Shown: positions 9,205 through 16,051 of the stretch, piece after piece
Layout: each line of letters opens with the position of its first letter
Position numbering within the stretch: the stretch's first letter is position 1
Origin: a virus
Lineage: Duplodnaviria; Caudoviricetes
IMG/VR virus record: IMGVR_UViG_3300012231_000023
Location: 1 to 40,192 of that record
Direction: 5' to 3' (one strand)
Length of the DNA: 40,192 nt
Notes under the pieces: generated by a model
What the model saw: only the letters and a program-made list of their open reading frames with translations
What the model was told of the DNA's origin: nothing
The model's database searches: none
Program-made: the position numbers and the translations under genes

Positions 9205-9576
9205 GGATGCTTCCGGGGTGACGGGGTGCGCCGAGTTATCCCAATGAAGGGATACCAGGCGCAGACTCCATGCCACCGGGGCTTAGAGGTGTGAACGGCC
9301 ACTGTCGGTTTCCCGTCGAGTCTTGCGGCTTCCGTTCGCCTACCGCTGCGCTTCGCTCGAATCCCTTGGTAGCGCGGTGCCGTGCAGACGCCAACGTTAT
9401 GATTTCCCGCCCGTTTGCACGGTCGGATTTGGCTTGTGTTAAACTGGCGGCAAGTCGGTGAAGGAGTGAGTGCTCGTTACACTTGCTGCCGGTTGGACGC
9501 CAATCCAGACCCGACGAATTGAAATCTACTCCACTGGAGGAGTAGTCGCAAGGCCCCGAAAGGGGCTTTGCTGTTT
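9205..9576 (+). ncRNA. putative structured RNA / long structured leader (or structured origin)
   Basis: At least seven stems read directly, e.g. 9442-9455/9481-9494, 9380-9390/9412-9422, 9291-9298/9332-9339, 9526-9532/9539-9545 and 9548-9571. Non-Watson-Crick pairs are mostly G-U on the + strand. Confidence 0.55.
9548..9576 (+). terminator. GAAA-tetraloop hairpin with T-rich tail (terminator/attenuator-like)
   Basis: GCAAGGCCCC-GAAA-GGGGCTTTGC followed by TGTTT. Confidence 0.5.
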
Positions 9577-9589
9577 GGAGGGCGTCACC

Positions 9590-9736
9590 ATGCGTCACGA
9601 AACGTCACCGCGCATAGTTCGTCTCGAGGACTTGCAGCCCATCCGGGCACCGGAAACCTTTGAGCCCGATGAGCTGGTGATTGTCGTGGCTGAGGTTCCA
9701 ATCATTGCGGAGCTCCGGGAGCTTCTAGCGGCGTGA
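9590..9736 (+). CDS. small acidic/hydrophobic protein (48 aa), antisense to the early-left arm
   Basis: GGAGG at 9577-9581, ATG 9590; MRHETSPRIVRLEDLQPIRAPETFEPDELVIVVAEVPIIAELRELLAA. Confidence 0.55.
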   Translation: MRHETSPRIVRLEDLQPIRAPETFEPDELVIVVAEVPIIAELRELLAA

Positions 9737-10397
9737 GCCACGTTTGCGCAATGTGGCGGGAAAGCTCGAAGGGGATCTTGGCGATTAGCGCTGAAGCTGC
9801 TCGGCGCTTCGTGCCCTTGGAACGACGTGGCGCATAGGGCGGGCATGATTGATCGAACCAGTCCCCGCCCATCTTCCGCCCATCAGGATTCCGCCCCTTC
9901 GGCATGAGTGCAGGCACATCGCCCCAAAGGTGGAAAGAGCCATAACACCACCGCGACCGCCCGACCCACGGCTGAGCTCCACGCACGTTCTCGACTACGA
10001 GCGGGATGTGATGCCCAGCAGCTTCGATTGCCTCACGTTGGATGCGGAAGCAGGCGCGAAATAGTTCGGTTAGCGCCGGGATAGTACGCGATCCGCTATA
10101 ATCAGCGGGGAATTCGCCCTGCCAGCTCAGGGCATGGGCTATCTGCTTCGCCCGCGTCCACGGCATCGCCATATAGCTGAACTCGGTACACGGCGGCGAA
10201 GCGACAATCAGCGCGGCGTCTTTGAACTGCGAACCGTGAAGGGTGCGAACGTCCTGCAACACTAACTGAGCTGGGTACTTGTGCACGCCGTACTCGTGAC
10301 GCTCGTTGTCGAAGCCGATCACGTCGTAGCCAGCGGCTAGTAGGCCGTCAGTCCAGCCGCCTAGGCCGCAGAACAGGTCTATGGCGAGTGGTTTCAT
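9702..10397 (-). CDS. short C5-cytosine DNA methyltransferase
   Basis: Motif I DLFCGLGG, motif IV ASPPC, motif VI ENV; lacks a normal-sized TRD. Confidence 0.85.
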   Translation of the reverse strand: MKPLAIDLFCGLGGWTDGLLAAGYDVIGFDNERHEYGVHKYPAQLVLQDVRTLHGSQFKDAALIVASPPCTEFSYMAMPWTRAKQIAHALSWQGEFPADYSGSRTIPALTELFRACFRIQREAIEAAGHHIPLVVENVRGAQPWVGRSRWCYGSFHLWGDVPALMPKGRNPDGRKMGGDWFDQSCPPYAPRRSKGTKRRAASALIAKIPFELSRHIAQTWLTPLEAPGAPQ

Positions 10398-10582
10398 GCC
10401 CGCTTGCGTCTATAGGTGACGACGCGCTCCAAGTCCAGCTTATCCAGTAGCTTCTCGCTAGCTGGCCTTTTGCCGTGCGCCACGTCGTGGAGATAGGAAG
10501 CCGGCAGGTCGAAAAACTCGCCTAGCTCCCGCCATGTGTCCTCTTTCGCTAGATTGAGGAGAAGGGTCTGCGGTGTCATCAT
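10394..10582 (-). CDS. Cro/cI-like XRE HTH regulator
   Basis: TWRELGEFFDLPASYLHDVAHGKRPASEKLL XRE pattern; first gene of the leftward arm. Confidence 0.8.
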   Translation of the reverse strand: MMTPQTLLLNLAKEDTWRELGEFFDLPASYLHDVAHGKRPASEKLLDKLDLERVVTYRRKRA

Positions 10583-10660
10583 GGCGCCTAGACTAGCATT
10601 CGCCGAACTGCTTGACAAGTGTTCTGTGTTGTGCAGAATAGGCACATCGACCAAGGAGCA
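10583..10660. promoter_or_regulatory. back-to-back sigma70-type promoters with overlapping -35 boxes and a candidate operator
   Basis: + strand: TTGACA 10612-10617, 16 nt, CAGAAT 10634-10639, RBS AAGGAG 10653-10658. - strand: TTGTCA (10618-10613), 17 nt, TG-extended TAGTCT (10595-10590). Inverted repeat GAAC..CTTG-A-CAAG.GTTC at 10605-10624. Confidence 0.75.
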
Positions 10661-10665
10661 GCCCA

Positions 10666-10923
10666 ATGACCATCGACCTCGACAAGTACGACGACAACTT
10701 CGAATGGGACGGCACCACGTCTACCGCTAAGTGGTCCGATCTTTACAACGCTGCCCAGCTCGCCGAGCAGATGGAAAGCATCGGCGCCAGTCTTGCGGCT
10801 CGCGGGCAGTACGAATCGGCCGCGTTCTGCGCGATGGCTTGCGAGGCTCTTGTTGAGCTGCAAGCGTTGCGCGAGCGTGACGAGCTCGTGGCGCACATGA
10901 AAAGCCTTGGAGTGACGCCGTGA
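10666..10923 (+). CDS. hypothetical early protein
   Basis: Strong RBS; first gene of the rightward arm. Confidence 0.75.
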   Translation: MTIDLDKYDDNFEWDGTTSTAKWSDLYNAAQLAEQMESIGASLAARGQYESAAFCAMACEALVELQALRERDELVAHMKSLGVTP

Positions 10924-11084
10924 AGCGCAGAACCCCGTCAGAGTTTAGCGATGCTGAGATTGACCGCCTTTGGGAGCACGGTGAGATTCCGCCCGTTGAC
11001 ACCGGCCGACGTGAGCGTGAGGACAACGAGGTTTTGTTGTGGGCTCTGCTCACTGGGTTAGTGAACGAGGTGAAAACGGAATGA
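10920..11084 (+). CDS. hypothetical protein (54 aa)
   Basis: My translation MKRRTPSEFSDAEIDRLWEHG...; GTGA and ATGA overlaps on either side. Confidence 0.6.
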   Translation: MKRRTPSEFSDAEIDRLWEHGEIPPVDTGRREREDNEVLLWALLTGLVNEVKTE

Positions 11085-11257
11085 AACGCTTCGCCCTTTA
11101 CGCTTTCTCTGCTGCTGTGCTGTTTGGCTGGTTTGTGCTGTTCGGCCTGGCGATAGTGGAGACGGTTCGTGAGGATGTTTGCCACAAGGTGGTGAGCATT
11201 CCGTACGAATCCGGATCGCGTCCACTCTGCGTTCGATACGAGCAGGTGGAGCAATGA
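11081..11257 (+). CDS. small membrane-anchored protein
   Basis: MKR plus a hydrophobic stretch, then a Cys pair; ATGA overlaps. Confidence 0.6.
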   Translation: MKRFALYAFSAAVLFGWFVLFGLAIVETVREDVCHKVVSIPYESGSRPLCVRYEQVEQ

Positions 11258-11415
11258 AATGCCAGCACTGCCTCGAGCCCCTCGAAGAGTCTTGGAGCTA
11301 CTGCCCCTACTGCGGAGCGAAGCAGAAAGTGCGCGCAGTAGGTTACAGCGCCTTCGAGCCGCCGATATTCCTACAGATTCGGGACGATGATCCCGACGAG
11401 GACACGCAGCCATGA
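11254..11415 (+). CDS. zinc-ribbon protein
   Basis: CQHC...CPYCG; ATGA overlaps. Confidence 0.7.
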   Translation: MKCQHCLEPLEESWSYCPYCGAKQKVRAVGYSAFEPPIFLQIRDDDPDEDTQP

Positions 11416-11663
11416 ACAACATTTACGCCAACCAATCAGACGAGATCACCATGAGAAACCAGCAGATCGAGGACGGCGACCTTGTGAACGAGTACGACCG
11501 AGCCGCAAGCCGTTGTGCTGATGCAGCCGCCACGATTCGCCGCCACGCAACCAAGGCTACCGTGCTCTCGGATTCCAAGATCAACCGTGACCGCTGCGCC
11601 GACGCCAAGATGCTGGCCGACCGGCTAGAGGCGATTGTGCGAGATTTTGGATTAGACCCATGA
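11412..11663 (+). CDS. hypothetical protein
   Basis: Coupled tiling of the early arm. Confidence 0.65.
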   Translation: MNNIYANQSDEITMRNQQIEDGDLVNEYDRAASRCADAAATIRRHATKATVLSDSKINRDRCADAKMLADRLEAIVRDFGLDP

Positions 11664-11848
11664 GCCACACAGTCACATTCGGGCACTGGCAAATGAAGTT
11701 CGAGCTCGACGGCTACCGCCCTTTGCCGATCAGCTACTGGCACCATGGCTTTCAAATGCCGGACGAACCAATCCGCGAGATCGCCGACGAGCTTTTCACT
11801 CGCGCGTGCAATTACTGCATCGAACAATTTGCGGAGAAAACTACATGA
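11660..11848 (+). CDS. hypothetical protein
   Basis: Coupled tiling. Confidence 0.6.
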   Translation: MSHTVTFGHWQMKFELDGYRPLPISYWHHGFQMPDEPIREIADELFTRACNYCIEQFAEKTT

Positions 11849-12078
11849 TTACCGAACCGACCGAGCACGAAGAAAAACTCCTTCTGCTCTACCTGCGCGG
11901 CTACCGGCTGCAATCGCTCGCTAAGCTGCACGGCGATGGCAAAACCACATTTTTCGAGCTTTTCGGCGGTGTTGTTCCGTGGTGGCAGAAAGAGCGGCGC
12001 CAGAAACTAGCGCAACTGACACGCGAATTCGCCGAGATCAAAGCCGCTATCAAGGAACTAGAAGGACTGACACCATGA
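11845..12078 (+). CDS. hypothetical protein with C-terminal coiled coil
   Basis: ATGA overlap at 11845; GGAG RBS. Confidence 0.6.
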   Translation: MITEPTEHEEKLLLLYLRGYRLQSLAKLHGDGKTTFFELFGGVVPWWQKERRQKLAQLTREFAEIKAAIKELEGLTP

Positions 12079-13016
12079 ACGAACCGAAACAAGAGGTCAT
12101 CACCGCTGCGGAAGTGGCGCATGTCGAGACCGAGCGCAAAAGCCTACTGGCGAAGTTCGCCAACCGCTACGGCGTCGAGACCAACAAGATGCTTGGCACA
12201 CTGAAAGCCACGGCGTTCCGTGGCGACGTGACGAACGAGCAAATGATTGCGCTGCTCATCGTGGCGGATCAGCACGGCTTGAACCCGTTCACGAAAGAGA
12301 TTCACGCCTTCCCGAGTCGTGGCGGAATCGTTCCTGTAGTCGGCGTCGACGGCTGGGCCAGAATCATTAACGAGCACCCGCAGTTTGACGGTATGGACTT
12401 CGAGCAGGACGACGCCAAGTGTACCTGCACGATTCACCGGAAGGACCGCTCGCACCCGACCGCAGTCACGGAATACCTCGAGGAGTGCAAGCGCCAAACC
12501 GACCCATGGACGACGCATCCCAAGCGGATGCTGCGGCACAAGGCGATGATTCAGTGCGCCCGCCTAGCCTTCTCGTTTGCTGGCATTTATGACCCTGACG
12601 AGGCGGAAAGGGTGGTTGCGGCTGAGGCGGTTGACGTAACCCCCGCCAAGATCGCCCCCAAGCGCCTACGGGAGCTGATCGACGGGATGCTTGACTCGAC
12701 CAAGGCAGCGGACGGCGACGCCCTACGGTCAATCTGGAACGGCCTAAAGAGCGAAGAACAGCTATTCGTCTGGGACCACCTGCGGTCGTGGGAGCGGTCA
12801 GCCATCAAAAAGCTATTGGATGCCCACAAGGGCCTACCAGCAGCCGAGATCGACCTAGACCCCTGGTCCGTGGAAGCCCTAAGGGCTAGCGCGTCTCTAG
12901 AGGCCCTAGAAACGACCTGGACGCTAGTACAGCACGCTTTCGCAGAAAGGGACCAGATGCCGTCCCCGGACGTCGAAATATTTTACAACGATCGCAAAGC
13001 GGAATTGACCGCATGA
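12075..13016 (+). CDS. bet: lambda Red-beta-like single-strand annealing protein
   Basis: LKATAF....TNEQMIALLIVADQHGLNPFTKEI.AFP..GGIVPVVGVDGWARIINEHPQFDGMDF and PW..HPKRMLRHKAMIQCARLAF closely match lambda Bet. Confidence 0.93.
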   Translation: MNEPKQEVITAAEVAHVETERKSLLAKFANRYGVETNKMLGTLKATAFRGDVTNEQMIALLIVADQHGLNPFTKEIHAFPSRGGIVPVVGVDGWARIINEHPQFDGMDFEQDDAKCTCTIHRKDRSHPTAVTEYLEECKRQTDPWTTHPKRMLRHKAMIQCARLAFSFAGIYDPDEAERVVAAEAVDVTPAKIAPKRLRELIDGMLDSTKAADGDALRSIWNGLKSEEQLFVWDHLRSWERSAIKKLLDAHKGLPAAEIDLDPWSVEALRASASLEALETTWTLVQHAFAERDQMPSPDVEIFYNDRKAELTA

Positions 13017-13174
13017 GCCGCCAAGCCCTGCTCTCGATCATCGCCGCCCTAGTGGTCTATTCCGGGTTTATGACCTGGCTGGACTTCCAGCAGGACGCCA
13101 TGAACGACAAGCTGTTAACCATCACTTTGAACAACTGCTTGAGGCCCGCTGTGGGGCCGAGGACGGAAGCGTGA
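13013..13174 (+). CDS. small membrane-anchored protein (53 aa)
   Basis: My translation MSRQALLSIIAALVVYSGFMTWLDFQQ...; ATGA and GTGA overlaps. Confidence 0.55.
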   Translation: MSRQALLSIIAALVVYSGFMTWLDFQQDAMNDKLLTITLNNCLRPAVGPRTEA

Positions 13175-13374
13175 GCCTTTGTTGGATATTTGGGCATGTG
13201 TTGTATGTCGGGCATGAAGTCAACCGACAAACCCGCCTTGTAGGCTGTAGACGCTGCACAAAACGGTTCGTTATGAACGACACGCATCAAGCATTCTTGC
13301 GCTACGACAATGACGCTTCTATGCGTCGAGATTTGATGAGCCTATATCCAAATCTTCGCGAGACTGATTTTTAG
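13171..13374 (+). CDS. small Cys/His protein (DUF1660-like C.xFGH...CxRC)
   Basis: LCWIFGH and CRRC motifs. Confidence 0.6.
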   Translation: MSLCWIFGHVLYVGHEVNRQTRLVGCRRCTKRFVMNDTHQAFLRYDNDASMRRDLMSLYPNLRETDF

Positions 13375-13388
13375 GAGCACGGGACGCT

Positions 13389-13727
13389 ATGAGCGACGAC
13401 AACGTAATCGACCTAGCGCGCTACCGGGCACTAGCACACGGCAAACTTACAGACGAAGAGTCGGCGGCCTGGGCTGGAAAGATCGAGGATCGCGCACGGA
13501 CCTTGTTTACCAAGAACAGACGCGAGCCGTTCAACGGTTTTTGCGTGGCAGTTTTCGACGACGTGAAGAACCGTGTGTGCGTGCTCCTCGGACACCACGA
13601 CGAATCCCGCGTCGTTGCCAAATACAGCATCGGCAAGAACGACAGACTACGGCCCGTAAGACCAACGAAACGCGACGACAAGTTGCTGGCGCGGTATAGG
13701 TCAGGCGTCTTCTACCCGTCGCGTTGA
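13389..13727 (+). CDS. hypothetical protein
   Basis: AGGAG RBS; N-terminal NVIDLARYR motif. Confidence 0.65.
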   Translation: MSDDNVIDLARYRALAHGKLTDEESAAWAGKIEDRARTLFTKNRREPFNGFCVAVFDDVKNRVCVLLGHHDESRVVAKYSIGKNDRLRPVRPTKRDDKLLARYRSGVFYPSR

Positions 13728-13755
13728 TCCAATAAGCCGCCCACACACTGTCGAA

Positions 13756-14237
13756 ATGGTCAGATTCCTCTACCCCCATGGGGCTGTATACAGGGGACAT
13801 GTTCCTCATCATGTTGTAAGTGGACACCGTTGTCCGGGGGGAAACGCATTTCCCCTAGAGAAGAATGTAGCAATCGCTGAGGTACACCTAGAGAGCATGA
13901 AAAACGGTCTCAGCGAGATCTCGGGTACCGAAAAGGGATCAGTAACTAGAAAAATCAAACTCTTGAAAAGCGAATAGCAAGGTATCGGCATTACACTCGA
14001 CCAGCGGGGGAGTGGGAATTTGGGGTCGCGTTTTACACCGAAGGTATTGCGGAGGTTGAATCGCTCTCACATAAAATCCTAGCGGAGCGTCTAGATAGGC
14101 TGGCGCCATTTGGAGAAGTCTTTTGTTGCTCAGTACCAGAAGCCACGGAAGCGGTTGAAGCAGCGCTGAGCCAACTCGGGGTGTTACATTCGGCTAGGAA
14201 AGTAACTCGATTGTCAGGGCCGCCGACAACCAGGTGA
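13756..14237 (+). pseudogene. 5'-truncated, frameshifted GIY-YIG (T5orf172-like) nuclease gene
   Basis: Frame 1 (..GSVTRKIK) continues after a 1-nt shift at the A-runs 13950-13959 into TLEKRIARYRHY...[15 protein letters not shown]...[14 protein letters not shown], a T5orf172-type C-terminus. The GIY/YIG N-terminus is absent. Confidence 0.6.
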
Positions 14238-14359
14238 TCGAGCAATCTGATCTCCACGATGCTCAGGGCCTTCGCCAACTTCAAGGTGATCGACCGATCC
14301 GCTTCGCTCGGCTCCGCCACGCCCGAGGGATGGTTGTGCGCGAGGATCACAGCCGACGA
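14219..14359 (-). pseudogene. RadC/JAB domain internal fragment (~47 codons)
   Basis: [42 protein letters not shown]; lacks the N-terminal part with the catalytic Glu and the normal C-terminus. Confidence 0.85.
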
Positions 14360-14371
14360 TTCAAGGTCAGT

Positions 14372-14394
14372 GCCCCGCCTAGGCGGGGCTTTGT
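14372..14394. terminator. perfect 18-bp palindrome, probable intrinsic terminator
   Basis: GCCCCGCCTAGGCGGGGC (14372-14389), followed by TTTGT on +; begins 14 nt past the Ntn-hydrolase stop. Confidence 0.65.
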
Positions 14395-14403
14395 CCACAG
14401 TGG

Positions 14404-15201
14404 CTAGGCACCAGTAGCCGCCGGTGGTGGCGGTGGCGGCGGCGCCTCGACGGGTGCTGCCTGCGTTGTGGCGCCGGCGAGCATCGTGTCTCGCACCGAC
14501 CTCATCGCGTGCTCAACGGCACGAATGAACTCATCGTGTTCGCGCAGTTTACCGTTTTCGATTTGGCGAGCGACACCGCTCTCCACCACGAACACATCCG
14601 GCTCGAAACCGACTCCTTGCGTCTTGAGTTCGATCACCGCCTTCACTGTCCAATAGCCCGCGAGGACGCCTTCACGCAGTGTTGGCCGTTTGTCCCGCCA
14701 GTAGACGTTCCAAAGAAAGCGAAGCAGCGGGTCCGCGTTGAACTTGCCGGACCCGTGGCACACAAATGGCACAGCGGGCGTGAGGTACTCGAGTTCCCCC
14801 TGCATGTTGATGTCGATGAGCTTGGGCCCGTCTTTGAAGTTGGCAGCGAGCAATCCTGTGCAGATAGCGTCCATCGCAGCTCCGCCGCCGACCGCTTGTC
14901 GGGCAACCCCTGCCGTCTCGAGGGCTGGTTTGAGGATTTGTCGAAGCTCGCTCTTGATCGACCCCGAGATCCTCGAATATTCCTGTTTGGAGAATTTGTC
15001 GAGGAGGTTCTCGATGGCAGCCGACAGTTGCTGGCCGATTCCGACATGCCCCGAAGACGCGTAAAGAGCTTGCTCCTTTAGCGCCTGAATCTTCGTTGTG
15101 GGCTGGCCGACAGTCTGCATCCCCGCTGCACCGTGTGTCACTTGCTGGTCGGCTGCAATGACCATGCCGTCAGTACAGAGGACGCCAACGAGGATCGTCA
15201 C
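14404..15201 (-). CDS. proteasome beta/HslV-like Ntn-hydrolase (Thr1 protease family)
   Basis: After Met removal: T1-[13 protein letters not shown]17, K-I at ~36 (K33 equivalent), YASSG (G47 equivalent), HGSG (S129 motif); Pro-rich C-terminal tail. Confidence 0.85.
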   Translation of the reverse strand: MTILVGVLCTDGMVIAADQQVTHGAAGMQTVGQPTTKIQALKEQALYASSGHVGIGQQLSAAIENLLDKFSKQEYSRISGSIKSELRQILKPALETAGVARQAVGGGAAMDAICTGLLAANFKDGPKLIDINMQGELEYLTPAVPFVCHGSGKFNADPLLRFLWNVYWRDKRPTLREGVLAGYWTVKAVIELKTQGVGFEPDVFVVESGVARQIENGKLREHDEFIRAVEHAMRSVRDTMLAGATTQAAPVEAPPPPPPPAATGA

Positions 15202-15204
15202 GGA

Positions 15205-15636
15205 CTAACCGGAGAAGATACTGTTCTGTTTGTATTGCGGGTAGCGGGCGTATATCGCACGAACGAGCTGCTCGAAACTAAGGCGCGTCACCCAATCCAC
15301 GAGCGTCTCGAGGTAAGTCGCGGTCCGGTCGTCGGCGGCTTTCCGCGTTCGCTGCGCCTGCTCAAAACCCTGGGACGTTAGCTGGTACGCGCGAACGCGT
15401 GCCGGGTTGCTAACGATCACCAGCCCCTCGCGGACCATAACGTCGAGATCGGCATAGATCGTCGAGTCAAACGGCCCATAGTGGTAGGGCTCGAATGAGT
15501 AGAAATCGCTCGGCAGGGCCTCGGGCACCTGCTCGCGTAGCAGAAACATGGTTTTTTGGACTTGGACTGGCGTCAGGCAGAAGGGTTTTTTCGAGGAGAG
15601 CGCGAGGAGCAACCAATCACGCTTGGAAACCGACAT
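15205..15636 (-). CDS. SocA/Panacea (DUF4065)/YwgA-like winged-helix protein
   Basis: T.VQVQKTMFLL...Y.FEPYHYGPFD..IY.DL..M...GL...Y.LT..G pattern; GGAGGA RBS at 15646-15641. Confidence 0.75.
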   Translation of the reverse strand: MSVSKRDWLLLALSSKKPFCLTPVQVQKTMFLLREQVPEALPSDFYSFEPYHYGPFDSTIYADLDVMVREGLVIVSNPARVRAYQLTSQGFEQAQRTRKAADDRTATYLETLVDWVTRLSFEQLVRAIYARYPQYKQNSIFSG

Positions 15637-16051
15637 CAGATCCTCCGGCCAAGGGTCCTGGCGGGCCAAGTATAGCAGGGCGCGCAAACGACTGCCCCGG
15701 TCCCCGTCCCCGTCCCGCTGCTCGGCCCGGAGCAATGCACCCCTGAAGCTCCGAGGCGTAGTTCGCCGAGTGAATCAGGATCAGTGTCCGACCACCCGCG
15801 GCCGGAACGTGCTCTTGCGAGTAGTACACGCCACAAGAGGGATTCCGCAAGGCGACACACACATCACCGTTCGGTCGCGCGTGACGCACAAGCGAATACA
15901 CTCCGTCCGGCACACAGGACACATTAGGCGCCCCGCCGGGTGCTCGACCAGCGATCCAAGGTCGCTCGATCGTGTAGAGAGTCTCGCAGCCATCAATCAT
16001 CAACCGGCCTACCGTGGCCTCGGGCAAATAAGCTATGCGGTCGAGTTTCAT
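15617..16051 (-). CDS. DUF5675-family putative lysin; C-terminus apparently replaced after GCIAPG (~15725)
   Basis: T.G.L......YTIERPW....PNVSCVP.G.Y...R..ILIH.AN..SELQGCIAPG, followed by a low-complexity unrelated tail that runs into the cassette promoter. Confidence 0.75.
   Translation of the reverse strand: MKLDRIAYLPEATVGRLMIDGCETLYTIERPWIAGRAPGGAPNVSCVPDGVYSLVRHARPNGDVCVALRNPSCGVYYSQEHVPAAGGRTLILIHSANYASELQGCIAPGRAAGRGRGPGQSFARPAILGPPGPLAGGSDVGFQA
15669..15677 (-). promoter_or_regulatory. extended -10 promoter of the two-gene cassette
   Basis: TGCTATACT = TG-n-TATACT, 32 nt upstream of ATG 15636. Confidence 0.6.

Noticed and set aside
9340-9380. tRNA-like T-arm (GCTCGAATCCC)
   Set aside because: It lacks GTTC, and no acceptor, D or anticodon arms can be built around it.
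9236-9598. 120-aa minus-strand ORF as a replication protein
   Set aside because: There is no recognisable motif and the composition is Ser/Arg-rich and shadow-like; the region is better explained by base-paired structure.
14033-14398. JAB-domain ORF next to a proteasome-like gene as an Rpn11-like third component of a ubiquitin/proteasome-type system
   Set aside because: Only ~47 codons are RadC-like and the catalytic Glu region is missing. The ORF start runs through the terminator palindrome, and its tail is the antisense of the GIY-YIG remnant. No ubiquitin-like or E1/E2 genes are present.
13728-15725. attP site, integron cassette array or IS element
   Set aside because: I found no integrase or transposase, attC-like GTTRRRY-bounded inverted repeats, terminal inverted repeats or target duplications by eye.
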